Shown piece after piece: positions 44,872-53,572 of a DNA stretch of 64,000 bases; positions within the stretch are counted from its first letter, which is position 1; every line of letters begins with the position of its first letter. This stretch comes from Alphaproteobacteria bacterium (GTDB lineage Bacteria > Pseudomonadota > Alphaproteobacteria > Micavibrionales > UBA2020), in NCBI GenBank assembly GCA_016794125.1, contig JAEUKT010000002.1, forward strand, positions 434,848 through 498,847. The letters are read 5' to 3'. The notes beneath the pieces are model-generated. The model searched no databases and was not told the DNA's origin. It was given only the letters and a program-made list of their open reading frames with translations. The position numbers and the translations under genes were made by a program.

Positions 44872-45585
44872 TCACCCATAGGCGAGCAGTTCGCGCCCGT
44901 GCTGGCGCAGCCATTGGCGCAGCTGTTTTGATTGCGGCGACAGCTGCATGCAAAGCCGCCAGAATTTCCGGGAATGATCCATATGCACACGATGCGATAC
45001 CTCGTGCGCGACCACGTAATCCATCACGTCATAAGGGGCGAGGATCAGCCGCCACGAATACATGATGCGACCGTCGGGGCCGCAGGAACCCCAGCGCGAT
45101 TTCGGGTCCATGACGCGCACGCCGGCGGGTTTCAGCCCGAGGCTGCGCGATTTTTCATGCGTCAGCATCGTCAGCACATCTTCGGCATGTGATTTCAGGA
45201 AATCGCGGATGCGGCGGGCGAGGTGTTCCGGTTGGCCGTGGACGATCAGCCTGTCATCCTCCAGCCGTGTCACGCCGCGACCGCTTACATGGACGATGGT
45301 GTAATCCATGCCCGCAATCGACACGACCGCACCGGGCGCGAAAAGTTTTTTCGGGATAGCGCGGGCGGTTTGTTTTTCGATCCAGCCGCGATTTGATTCG
45401 ACGAATTCACGCGCGCGGGATTCCGATATGCGCGCGCTCAATGGCCATGTGAAAATAACTTCGCCGGATTTCGGCTCGACGCGCAAACCCATGCGGCGCG
45501 CGCGGGCGCTGGGCTTCACGCGGATGCCGCCGATTTCAACGGGAATAACCGCCTTATCAGTTGGCTTTCTTGACCTGAATAACAT
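44872..45585 (-). CDS. YgjP-like (DUF45/M48 family) metal-dependent hydrolase
   Basis: The HExxH motif appears in YVVAHEVSHRVHMDHSRKFW. The N-terminal VKPSARARRMGLRVEPKSGEV is typical. The gene overlaps the leuA 3' end by 29 nt. Confidence 0.8.
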   Translation of the reverse strand: MLFRSRKPTDKAVIPVEIGGIRVKPSARARRMGLRVEPKSGEVIFTWPLSARISESRAREFVESNRGWIEKQTARAIPKKLFAPGAVVSIAGMDYTIVHVSGRGVTRLEDDRLIVHGQPEHLARRIRDFLKSHAEDVLTMLTHEKSRSLGLKPAGVRVMDPKSRWGSCGPDGRIMYSWRLILAPYDVMDYVVAHEVSHRVHMDHSRKFWRLCMQLSPQSKQLRQWLRQHGRELLAYG

Positions 45586-47095
45586 TGCGTCCTGCCAGCA
45601 GGCGGTTCAGTGCATCGATATAGGCGCGCACCGATGCCACGATCACGTCGCCGTCCACGCCGATGCCGGTATAGCTGTGGCCGTGTTCGCTAAGCTTGAT
45701 GTTCACTTCGCCCTTGGCGTCAGATCCCGAGGTCAGCGCCTTGAGTTCGTAATTCGACAAAATCGCGTCGTCATGGCGTACCAGCACGCGCATCGCCTTG
45801 AAGCACGCATCGACCGGGCCTTTGCCATTGGCTTTGGCCTTTTTCTTCTCGCCGTCGATTTCCAGCTCCAGCTCCGCTTCCTGCGGGCCGTAGGATCCGG
45901 ATTTCACGCCGAGCGCAATAAAGCGCACGCGTTCCTTCGGCAGGCCATCCTTGGACGACGCGATGACAACCAGATCGTCGTCGCTGACTTTTTTCTTGCG
46001 GTCGGCGTAGTCCTTGAAGCGCTCGAACGCCGCGTTCAGTTCTTCGTCATCGAAATCAAATCCGAGCGCGACCAGTTTGGTGCGGAAGGCGTTGCGGCCG
46101 GAGTGCTTGCCCAGCACGAGGTCGGATTTGTCGCGGCCGACGGATTCCGGGGTCATGATTTCATAGGTCGATGCGTTTTTCAGCATGCCGTCCTGATGGA
46201 TGCCGCTTTCGTGAGCGAATGCGTTTGCGCCCACGATCGCCTTGTTCGGCTGCACCGAGAATCCGGTGATCTGCGTCAGCAGTTTCGATGCCGGCATGAT
46301 TTTTTCAGACAGGATGCCGGTATCGAAGGGCAGGATATCGGGGCGGGTACGGAAGGTCATCACGATTTCTTCCATCGACGCGTTGCCCGCACGCTCGCCG
46401 ATGCCGTTCACCGTGCATTCGATCTGGCGCGCGCCGGCGGCGACGCCTGCGATGGAGTTCGCGACAGCCAAACCCAGATCGTTGTGGCAATGTGTCGAGA
46501 TAATCGCCTTGTCGATATTCGGCACGCGGTTGCGCAGCATTTTAATGAGCGCGCCGTATTCTTCGGGCACCGTATAGCCGACCGTGTCGGGAATGTTGAC
46601 GACCAGCGCACCCGCCGCAATCGCGGTTTCGATGGCGCGGCAGAGGAAGTCGTGGTCGGAGCGCGTTGCGTCTTCCGCCGAGAATTCAACTTCGTCGCAG
46701 TTCTGGCGCGCGTAGGAAACCGATTCCTTGATCATCTCCAGCACGCGTTCCGGCTCCACCTGCAATTTGTGTTTCATGTGCAGGGGGGAGGTGGAGATAA
46801 AGGTATGGATGCGCTTGCGATGCGCGGGGCGGATCGCGTTCACGACCGCGTCGATATCCTTGTGCAGCGCGCGGCACAGGCCTGCGACCGTCGCCGATTT
46901 CACCTGTTGCGCGACTTTATAAACCGCTTCGTAATCGCCCTTGGAGGCTGCAGGGAAACCCGCCTCGATAATATCCACGCCCATGCCGTCCAACATTTCG
47001 GCCATCTGGAGTTTTTCATTCAGGTCCATCGAATAGCCGGGCGACTGTTCGCCGTCGCGCAGGGTGGTGTCAAAAATGAAAACATGGTTGGACAT
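45557..47095 (-). CDS. leuA: 2-isopropylmalate synthase
   Basis: Motifs FIFDTTLRDGEQSPG, HCHNDLGLAVANS and the C-terminal LeuA dimerisation/regulatory domain are present. Confidence 0.95.
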   Translation of the reverse strand: MSNHVFIFDTTLRDGEQSPGYSMDLNEKLQMAEMLDGMGVDIIEAGFPAASKGDYEAVYKVAQQVKSATVAGLCRALHKDIDAVVNAIRPAHRKRIHTFISTSPLHMKHKLQVEPERVLEMIKESVSYARQNCDEVEFSAEDATRSDHDFLCRAIETAIAAGALVVNIPDTVGYTVPEEYGALIKMLRNRVPNIDKAIISTHCHNDLGLAVANSIAGVAAGARQIECTVNGIGERAGNASMEEIVMTFRTRPDILPFDTGILSEKIMPASKLLTQITGFSVQPNKAIVGANAFAHESGIHQDGMLKNASTYEIMTPESVGRDKSDLVLGKHSGRNAFRTKLVALGFDFDDEELNAAFERFKDYADRKKKVSDDDLVVIASSKDGLPKERVRFIALGVKSGSYGPQEAELELEIDGEKKKAKANGKGPVDACFKAMRVLVRHDDAILSNYELKALTSGSDAKGEVNIKLSEHGHSYTGIGVDGDVIVASVRAYIDALNRLLAGRNVIQVKKAN

Positions 47096-47190
47096 GGCGT
47101 TTTCCTTAAACTTGGTATTTGCTGAAACCCATCTTAGTCAGCCCGTTGCCGGTTTTCCAGCGCAATATGGCTGCTGCGGTGCGTTAATCC

Positions 47191-47379
47191 TTAATCTTCC
47201 AGCTTCCGCGCTTCATCGACCAGCATGATCGGAATCCCCTCGCGGATGGGGAAGGCCAGTTTCGCCTGACGGCTGATCAGTTCCTGCTTCGCATCGTCAT
47301 ATTCCAGCGGCGCTTTCGTCAGCGGGCAGACAAGGATTTCGAGCAGTTTCGGATCGGCGCGTTTGGTGCTGGCGGTCAT
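47191..47379 (-). CDS. Trm112 family protein
   Basis: The motif [49 protein letters not shown] is present. Confidence 0.85.
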   Translation of the reverse strand: MTASTKRADPKLLEILVCPLTKAPLEYDDAKQELISRQAKLAFPIREGIPIMLVDEARKLED

Positions 47380-47382
47380 TAT

Positions 47383-47871
47383 CTATTGTCCCACTTGTTC
47401 TAAATTTTGAGTAGTGAATATTAAAACGGCACCATCACGAAACCCGTCCAAATCCTTGGCATAGGAAGGCTCATCAGACCTGACCTTGTAGAAGCGAACG
47501 GTACAGGAGAAATCGTCCATATCGACGACTTGTGAGATTCCCATCACAATCCCGAACACACCTTTCGGCTGGAGAAGCTTTCTCAACGCTTGCACATACA
47601 GCAAGCCCTGCTGGCGCAATACCGGAAGTTCAACGCGGTCGGTTATTACATCAATATGCACACCATTGACATAGCTTTCCAAGCCCGTGCGATCGCCAAA
47701 CTGCTTGATTGAACCTTCAGTACCTTTGCGACATGCTGCAAGAAACCAGCATCCATCTTCTTCGATCAGACCTTCAGCCAGAATTTTCTCCAAATGAACA
47801 GGCATCACTAATTTTTCAGGCAAAGCCGCATCAAAAAGTATCTGGAGCATTTCTTGATTGGCCTGAATCAT
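47383..47871 (-). CDS. Hypothetical protein (162 aa), AT-richer than flanking genes
   Basis: The ORF fills the space between the LON-N-domain gene (18-nt gap) and the Trm112 gene (3-nt gap). I recognise no family. Confidence 0.55.
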   Translation of the reverse strand: MIQANQEMLQILFDAALPEKLVMPVHLEKILAEGLIEEDGCWFLAACRKGTEGSIKQFGDRTGLESYVNGVHIDVITDRVELPVLRQQGLLYVQALRKLLQPKGVFGIVMGISQVVDMDDFSCTVRFYKVRSDEPSYAKDLDGFRDGAVLIFTTQNLEQVGQ

Positions 47872-47889
47872 AATTTTTCTAGACCACCT

Positions 47890-48546
47890 TCAATGACAGG
47901 ACGCTTTGCATTCTTCCTCTTCCTTCGCCGCGATTTCGAGCAAGGCATGCAAAATCTTTGCGCGGGCGGGCAGGTCGGGGGCTTCGAGCAGCGCCTGTTT
48001 TTCTTCCGTGCTGAACGGGCAAACGACGCTAAGTGTGGAAATCAGCTTTTCACATTCGATATGGCGGATGGTTTCCCATTTGTCGCAGAACATCTGCATT
48101 TTATCGAGGTATTGGCGCAGCGTCGTCATCATCGTGTCGCGGCAGATATCGGTCACGGTGTCGGAGGCCAGATCGTGATGATAATTTTTCCAGCAGGGTT
48201 TCGCATGGCGGTACCCGCCCTGTGCCAGCGGCAGTTCCTCCGCCACATCGAAACGGCAGACGCCCTTCAGCGTAATCAAATACCGCCCGTCATCGGTTTC
48301 GTTGAACGACGCGATGCGCCCCGCGCAGCCGGTTTTGAAAACTTGTTCACCGTTGCCGTCGGGTTTGGGCTGGATCATGCCGATCATGCGCCCGTTGCCC
48401 ATCGCGTGGTTGACCATCGCAAGGTAGCGGGGTTCGAAAATATTGAGCGGCAGTTGCACGCGCGGCAGCAAAATCACGCGCGGCAGGGGAAAAAGAACGA
48501 TTTCATCGGGCAGCTGGCCGGCGGTGATGGTGAACGTTTCGGTCAT
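47890..48546 (-). CDS. LON peptidase substrate-binding (Lon N-terminal) domain protein
   Basis: The motif VLFPLPRVILLPRVQLPLNIFEPRYLAMV is present. The start is set at MTETFTI, whose ATG overlaps the upstream stop (ATGA). Confidence 0.8.
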   Translation of the reverse strand: MTETFTITAGQLPDEIVLFPLPRVILLPRVQLPLNIFEPRYLAMVNHAMGNGRMIGMIQPKPDGNGEQVFKTGCAGRIASFNETDDGRYLITLKGVCRFDVAEELPLAQGGYRHAKPCWKNYHHDLASDTVTDICRDTMMTTLRQYLDKMQMFCDKWETIRHIECEKLISTLSVVCPFSTEEKQALLEAPDLPARAKILHALLEIAAKEEEECKASCH

Positions 48547-49481
48547 GAGAATAACACGGTCGATAGGCGGCGGCGGCCCTGCCCCGTCAGCGGATGGTCG
48601 TTGCCGAGCGCGTCGAAGATTTCGAGCAGTAATTTGCGCGCTTTCTGTTCCTGCCATTCGCGGTCACGGCGCGTCAATTCCACGATATCGTCAATCGCGG
48701 ATTCGATATCCAGCGCGGCCAGATGATGGATGGCAAGGTCATAGCGCGATTGCGCGTCTTTGGGGTTCTTGTCCAGCTTCGTTTGCAGTGCGCCGACATC
48801 GGCCAGCGATTCAGCGGCGGTGCGCTGTTGCAGCAGCATGTCGAGCCCCTTGATGCGCGGATGTTTCTTTTGTTCCTCCGTCATTTCGCCGACGAAGGCC
48901 GCAAAACTTTCGAGGTCTTTTTCGGCGACGAAGCACCAGCCAATACCGGCCAGTGCGTCGAGGTTTTTTTCATCCATATCCAGCGCGGTGGAATACTGCG
49001 CCATCGCATCGGTATATTGCCCGTCGCGGAAATGTTTTTGGGCATTCGCCATGATTTGCGCAATCACCTTCGGGTCGGGCGCGCCGGGATCAACCGGCGG
49101 GCCGCCGTGGTTCTTGGCCAGCTTTTCGATGAAGACGCGCAAATCTTTTTCGGGTTTCGCGCCTGTGAATCCATCGACAGGCTGCCCCTGCGCGAAGGCA
49201 TAGACGGTCGGCACGCTTTGCACGCGGAACAGTTCGGCCAGTTCCGGATATTTTTCGACGTTGATTTTCACCATCGTCACCGCGCCGGCCTGTTCGTTCA
49301 CGACCTTTTCAATGGCGGGCATCATCTGTTTGCAGGGGCCGCACCACGGCGCCCAGAAATCGACGATGACGGGATTCTTCATGGATGCCGCAATTACGGC
49401 TTCTTCGAAATTGCCGGGATCGGCATCGCGGATAAATGCGCTGCCTTGCGTCTTCTGTTGCGCTGCACCAATTTCCAGCAT
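48543..49481 (-). CDS. Thioredoxin-domain protein with C-terminal TPR-like region (YbbN/CnoX-like)
   Basis: The active site region is VIVDFWAPWCGPCKQM. A helical TPR-like C-terminal half follows. Confidence 0.85.
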   Translation of the reverse strand: MLEIGAAQQKTQGSAFIRDADPGNFEEAVIAASMKNPVIVDFWAPWCGPCKQMMPAIEKVVNEQAGAVTMVKINVEKYPELAELFRVQSVPTVYAFAQGQPVDGFTGAKPEKDLRVFIEKLAKNHGGPPVDPGAPDPKVIAQIMANAQKHFRDGQYTDAMAQYSTALDMDEKNLDALAGIGWCFVAEKDLESFAAFVGEMTEEQKKHPRIKGLDMLLQQRTAAESLADVGALQTKLDKNPKDAQSRYDLAIHHLAALDIESAIDDIVELTRRDREWQEQKARKLLLEIFDALGNDHPLTGQGRRRLSTVLFS

Positions 49482-49527
49482 GTGAATCTGACCTTCTGCC
49501 CTGCCGCTCTATCGATCTATAGATAGT

Positions 49528-50043
49528 TTATAGCCTTGAGAAATCAACAATCAACGGGTCATAGCCCAAAGTTTTCATGAATTTAACAAGGTCTGCCGTC
49601 TTGATGGCGGTCGTCATGTCGTTCCGCAGGGGGTGGCAGTTAACGATTTCATGCTCCATCAACCGTTTATCGATGACGGGCGATACCTGCCGCTGGTTGT
49701 CGTTAATCAACCCAAGCGCGGTCACCGAACCCGGTGTAACGCCCAAAAGCGCGTTCATCAATTCCGCATTGCCGAAACTCAGCCGCGCCGAATTGATGCG
49801 GGCGGGCAGTTTCTTCAGGTCGATTTCGGTGTCCTGCTTCGCCGTCACCAACCAGATTTTGCCCTTGTGATCCTTCAGGAACAAATTCTTGGTATGCCCG
49901 CCCGGCATTTCATGCTTGAAGCCTTTGCCCTCCTCGACCGTGAATACGGCTGGATGCTGATACGTCGTCGATTCAATCCCCATCTCCGCAAATGTCGCGG
50001 CCAAGGGGTCGGGGGTGGGGATGGTGGTGATCATTGTACTCAT
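49528..50043 (-). CDS. YbaK/ProX-like aminoacyl-tRNA editing domain protein
   Basis: HPAVFTVEEG...GGHTKNLFLKDHKGKIWLVTA...GVTPGSVTALGLIND is typical of prolyl-tRNA synthetase-associated domain proteins. Confidence 0.8.
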   Translation of the reverse strand: MSTMITTIPTPDPLAATFAEMGIESTTYQHPAVFTVEEGKGFKHEMPGGHTKNLFLKDHKGKIWLVTAKQDTEIDLKKLPARINSARLSFGNAELMNALLGVTPGSVTALGLINDNQRQVSPVIDKRLMEHEIVNCHPLRNDMTTAIKTADLVKFMKTLGYDPLIVDFSRL

Positions 50044-50110
50044 AAGGGTCCAAGAAATATTTGTTTGCCGAACGCGTCAATCATAAACTACCCAAGAAGG
50101 GAGTACGTAT

Positions 50111-50329
50111 GTGATGAAAAAATTGGCAGCAGTATCACTTGCAGTTCTTGGCACGGCTCTCATTATGTTTTCTCTAGCTCCATTAGGTTCTTTTCTCGTT
50201 TTGTGGCCAAGCATACCTTTGGGTGGCCCACGTTTTTGGATTTCTTTAGTATGTGTATTTTTTATCCTGATAGGTGGAGCCTGCATTCTAGTTTCAAGAA
50301 AGATTTTTAAGTCCGCGCCTAAAAAATAA
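50111..50329 (+). CDS. Hypothetical small membrane protein (72 aa), AT-rich
   Basis: It has two to three hydrophobic segments. It is the only plausible ORF in a short AT-rich gap between two minus-strand genes. Confidence 0.4.
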   Translation: MMKKLAAVSLAVLGTALIMFSLAPLGSFLVLWPSIPLGGPRFWISLVCVFFILIGGACILVSRKIFKSAPKK

Positions 50330-50330
50330 T

Positions 50331-51155
50331 TTATACCGGCCTGAACCGGATATAGCTGCGGTCGTCGAACGACACGTGGCCTTTTTTGACGCCTTTTACC
50401 TGCGGGTGGATTTTGTACATCAGCGGGTCGTCGCGCAAAACGGAATTCAGATAGCGTTCGGTTTCGGCCAGCGTCGATTCAACTTCGGGGTATCCGTCGC
50501 TGGCGAAGATGATTTCGTTCGCATGGGCGGCCGGATAAACCTCCACATGGCGGTCGGGTACTTTGGTGCCGTTGATGACGCCGTAGCCATACGGGCCTTC
50601 GTAATTCGCAAACACCTTGCACTCGGAAATCAGCGGGGTCAGCAATTCCCATGTGGGGTCGTGGTCGCGCAGGTCGGATTCCGGTTTTCCGCGCGCGATT
50701 TCGGCGCACAGATACGCGCGGCGCAATTCGCACCAGGTTTTTTCCTGCGGGAAGGTGGTGAAATGCCCGCGGCCATCGACGACGAAGGATGAATCGGCCA
50801 CGCGCCAGATTTCGCGGCGCGCGACGGAATAGACCAGCAGCGCAGCGGCTGGGAAATCCCACACCTCGCGCATCACTTTCTTTTCGGCGGCGGCGGCGCT
50901 TTCGGCCTCGGTCAGCAAAATGCGCGTCAGCGCATCGACCGCGTCGCGCGCGGAAATGTTTTTGTCGAGCGATTGCAGCCCCGCCGCGACCGTGCGCGAA
51001 GCGAACTGCCCGTTCGGTAAACCTTTTAATGTGTGCCCTGCGCGAGATGTTGCGCCGTCGATGACGGCGATGAAATTGTCGGAGACCGAAATAAAATCGT
51101 CGTTAAGGTCGCCGGGGCCTGCCTTGCCTTCGGTGAATTGTTCGATGATTTTCAT
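50331..51155 (-). CDS. Hypothetical protein, possibly a PP2C-family phosphatase-like fold
   Basis: AVIDGATS, IFASDGYPE and FDDRSYIRF occur in the order of the PP2C metal-binding Asp motifs (DG.GG ... SDG ... DD.T). This is my motif reading only. Confidence 0.5.
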   Translation of the reverse strand: MKIIEQFTEGKAGPGDLNDDFISVSDNFIAVIDGATSRAGHTLKGLPNGQFASRTVAAGLQSLDKNISARDAVDALTRILLTEAESAAAAEKKVMREVWDFPAAALLVYSVARREIWRVADSSFVVDGRGHFTTFPQEKTWCELRRAYLCAEIARGKPESDLRDHDPTWELLTPLISECKVFANYEGPYGYGVINGTKVPDRHVEVYPAAHANEIIFASDGYPEVESTLAETERYLNSVLRDDPLMYKIHPQVKGVKKGHVSFDDRSYIRFRPV

Positions 51156-51208
51156 GGTTTACCCTCCGCTATACTGGCGGAAAGTCTAGCACGGAAATCG
51201 TTAAAAAA

Positions 51209-52462
51209 TCACGGTTTCGGCGCAGCGGGCGGCTTGGTTGCGGCGGCTGCGGGTGCCGTGCCATCCGTTGGCAGCGGCGGGTTGAGCAGCGGCAGCGCCT
51301 TTTCCACAAGATTGACCCAGTAACTTGCGCCGATCGGCAGCGCCGCGTCGTTGAAATCGTATTTTGCGGAATGGATGTCCTGATAATCCTTCGCCCCCGG
51401 TTTTCCGGTGCCAAGCGCGATATAGTTGCCGGGCTTGTGCTGCAGGTAGAACGCGAAATCTTCGGTACCCAGCGTCGGCGGCACGGGCGTAATCACCTGC
51501 GCATCGCCGACTGTATCCTTGGCGACGTCGATCGCGAAAGCGGTCGCGTTTTTCTCGTTCACCAGCACGGGATATCCGGCGCGCAGGTCGAAATCGATCA
51601 GCACGCCATATTTCGCTTCGGTTTCATCGACCACGCGGATCATTTCATCGGTCAGACGCGCATGGAGCTTTTCATCGAAGGTGCGCAGCGTGCCGGTGAT
51701 TTTGGCGGTGTCGGGCAGCACGTTCGACGCGTCGCCCTGCGTGGACAGCGCGGTCACGGTCAGCGTCGCGGTTTCTGTCGCGGGAATTTCTTTCTTGGCG
51801 ATTTCCTTGAACGCCAGCGCCACTTCGGCGGCGGCGCCCAGCACATCGGTCGTGTTGTCGGCGCGGGACGTATGACCGCCCTTGCCGCGCACGGTGATGT
51901 CGAAATCTTCGGATGCCGCCAGCATCGGCCCTGCGCCCGTCGCCATGGTGCCGAGCGGCAGGCCCGGATAATTGTGCATGCCGTAAACTTCATCGGCGGG
52001 GAATTTGGTGAACAAGCCCTGCTTGATCATTTCCTGCGCGCCGCCCACATGTTCTTCGGCGGGCTGGAACACGAAATAGACCGTGCCGTCGAAATCCTTC
52101 GACTGCGCCAGATGTTTTGCCGCGCCCAGCAGCATCGCCATATGGCCGTCATGGCCGCAGGCATGCATCACGCCGTCATTGCGGGACGCATGCACCGCGC
52201 CGGTTTTTTCGTGGATGGGCAGGCCGTCCATATCGGCGCGCAGCATGATCGCCTTGCCGCCCGGGCCGTTTTTCCCGTGCAGCACGCCGACGACGCCGGT
52301 TTTGGTGAGCGGATGGACATCGATGCCGAAATCTTCCAGCTGGCGGGTGATGAAGCGCATGGTGCGCTTTTCTTCGAATGCCAGTTCGGGGTCCTGATGC
52401 AGCTTCTGGCGCCAGCGCGTCATTTCCTGCTTCATGTCCTGGATTTTTTTGACGATACCCAT
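51209..52462 (-). CDS. M20D family amidohydrolase (hippurate hydrolase / N-acyl-amino acid amidohydrolase-like) with a Pro/Ala/Lys tail
   Basis: Motifs HQDPELAFEE, MHACGHDGHMAMLLGAAKHL and QPAEE are present. The start is set at MGIVKKIQDM. The C-terminus is NPPLPTDGTAPAAAATKPPAAPKP. Confidence 0.85.
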   Translation of the reverse strand: MGIVKKIQDMKQEMTRWRQKLHQDPELAFEEKRTMRFITRQLEDFGIDVHPLTKTGVVGVLHGKNGPGGKAIMLRADMDGLPIHEKTGAVHASRNDGVMHACGHDGHMAMLLGAAKHLAQSKDFDGTVYFVFQPAEEHVGGAQEMIKQGLFTKFPADEVYGMHNYPGLPLGTMATGAGPMLAASEDFDITVRGKGGHTSRADNTTDVLGAAAEVALAFKEIAKKEIPATETATLTVTALSTQGDASNVLPDTAKITGTLRTFDEKLHARLTDEMIRVVDETEAKYGVLIDFDLRAGYPVLVNEKNATAFAIDVAKDTVGDAQVITPVPPTLGTEDFAFYLQHKPGNYIALGTGKPGAKDYQDIHSAKYDFNDAALPIGASYWVNLVEKALPLLNPPLPTDGTAPAAAATKPPAAPKP

Positions 52463-52649
52463 AGCTACAATATCCTTTGCGTCCGGAAGCCGTAACCCTC
52501 CGGGAAAAAGGCGGTCGTGCCTGTTAAAAATACGATGGCTCATCATGTTGATTCGGGAGCGTTCTGTCAATGGCACTCCGGAGAATGTTCTTTTTATTAG
52601 CTTATTTTGTTCTTGCTATGTTCCGTTTTTGATGATAGGATGTAAAAAA

Positions 52650-53183
52650 ATGGAGATTGCACAGATGATCACCGGAAACCGCCCCCTCCCAAGCCTCAAG
52701 ACCCTCCAGACCGAAATTTTCGCCCTCCTTAACCGCTTCGCCCTCTGGCTCGATTGCGTGCTGGCACCGTTTGAATCGGAAGGCAGCCTGACCCTCGCCC
52801 CTGCACTTGTGCCCGTGCGTATCAGCCAGACCCGCACCCGCCGCACCACCGCCGCACGCATCTACCAGCGCCGCCGGATCGCGACCCGCATTGCATTCGC
52901 CATGCAGGATCTGATGCGTCCGTCCGAGGAAAAGCAGGCAATCTATCCGCATAAATGGGCGGAGCGCGTGTCCAAGCGCCGCCAGCCTGCGGCTGCGGTT
53001 TCAAGACAGATCCGTTTCTCCGCCAACTCCTCCTCTTCGCAACCCCTGACATCCGCGCCGCAAGCGGCTGCCCGCCGTGCCCGCGGCGCGGATGCTTTTT
53101 CAGGGATGCATCTGGCGCGAAAAATTTCCCACACCGGAGGTCTTCATCGGGCGGCATTCATACCCCGCCCTATGTCGGGGTAG
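52650..53183 (+). CDS. Hypothetical Arg/Ala/Ser-rich protein (177 aa)
   Basis: It is the best ORF in an otherwise empty region of about 700 nt. The first 120 or so codons show strong C/G third-position bias. The C-terminal half is low complexity, so the call is tentative. Confidence 0.4.
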   Translation: MEIAQMITGNRPLPSLKTLQTEIFALLNRFALWLDCVLAPFESEGSLTLAPALVPVRISQTRTRRTTAARIYQRRRIATRIAFAMQDLMRPSEEKQAIYPHKWAERVSKRRQPAAAVSRQIRFSANSSSSQPLTSAPQAAARRARGADAFSGMHLARKISHTGGLHRAAFIPRPMSG

Positions 53184-53204
53184 AAAACCCGTCATCGTCG
53201 GTGA

Positions 53205-53247
53205 TTGAGCCGCATCCCCTTCCTCCCCTATACTGGCGAGGAAGGGG
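53205..53247 (+). promoter_or_regulatory. Candidate promoter (TTGAGC-N18-TATACT) embedded in a perfect 10-bp GC-rich hairpin
   Basis: TTGAGC is at 53205-53210 and TATACT at 53229-53234. The hairpin arms are ccccttcctc (53216-53225) and gaggaagggg (53238-53247), so the -10 hexamer sits in the loop. Confidence 0.3.
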
Positions 53248-53283
53248 ATCTCGCATTTTACGGTCATATGCGGGGAGTGGTTC

Positions 53284-53571
53284 ATGGCGCGCAGGCTCAG
53301 CCAAGACGAATATATCTGCCAGGATTGCGGCTATATGGGCCGCGCGGCGCTGACGTTGCGCGGCAGCGCGATTGTCGAGCGGCTATTGTGGTGCCTGCTG
53401 ATCATCCCCGGGCCGTTCTATTCCTATTGGCGGCGGCAGGGCGGGGAAGTCGAATGCGCGGGCTGCGCCGACGGCTATATCGTCAAGGTCGATAGCAAGC
53501 TGGGCATGGTCATGCTGGAAAATAAACTGCGCGGCACTGAAAAACGCAAACCAATCATCAGAAAGAACTGA
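53284..53571 (+). CDS. Small membrane protein with a split zinc ribbon (LITAF-like architecture)
   Basis: CQDC, then 16 aa, then the hydrophobic LLWCLLIIPGPFYSYW, then VECAGC. The architecture call is an inference. Confidence 0.55.
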   Translation: MARRLSQDEYICQDCGYMGRAALTLRGSAIVERLLWCLLIIPGPFYSYWRRQGGEVECAGCADGYIVKVDSKLGMVMLENKLRGTEKRKPIIRKN

Positions 53572-53572
53572 C

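Noticed and set aside
45308-47125. 605-aa plus-strand ORF, plus similar long ORFs 6069..7739 (+), 12708..14045 (+), 43293..44750 (+), 35760..36794 (-), 36927..38000 (-), 23153..24229 (-), 14150..15025 (-) and 59653..60582 (+)
   Set aside because: Each is antisense to a gene with clear family motifs or better coding statistics (leuA, the TPP enzyme, ald, the 396-aa membrane protein, the GGDEF-EAL gene, kpsF, rocD and the TIGR03032-like gene). All have the Arg/Gly/Ala/His-rich shadow-ORF composition.
51168-51178. 11-nt identity CTATACTGGCG shared between 51168-51178 and 53228-53238
   Set aside because: The match is a single short one. The first copy overlaps the RBS/5' region of the minus-strand PP2C-like gene, in the opposite functional orientation to the second copy. 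The contexts are otherwise unrelated, so chance is the simplest explanation.
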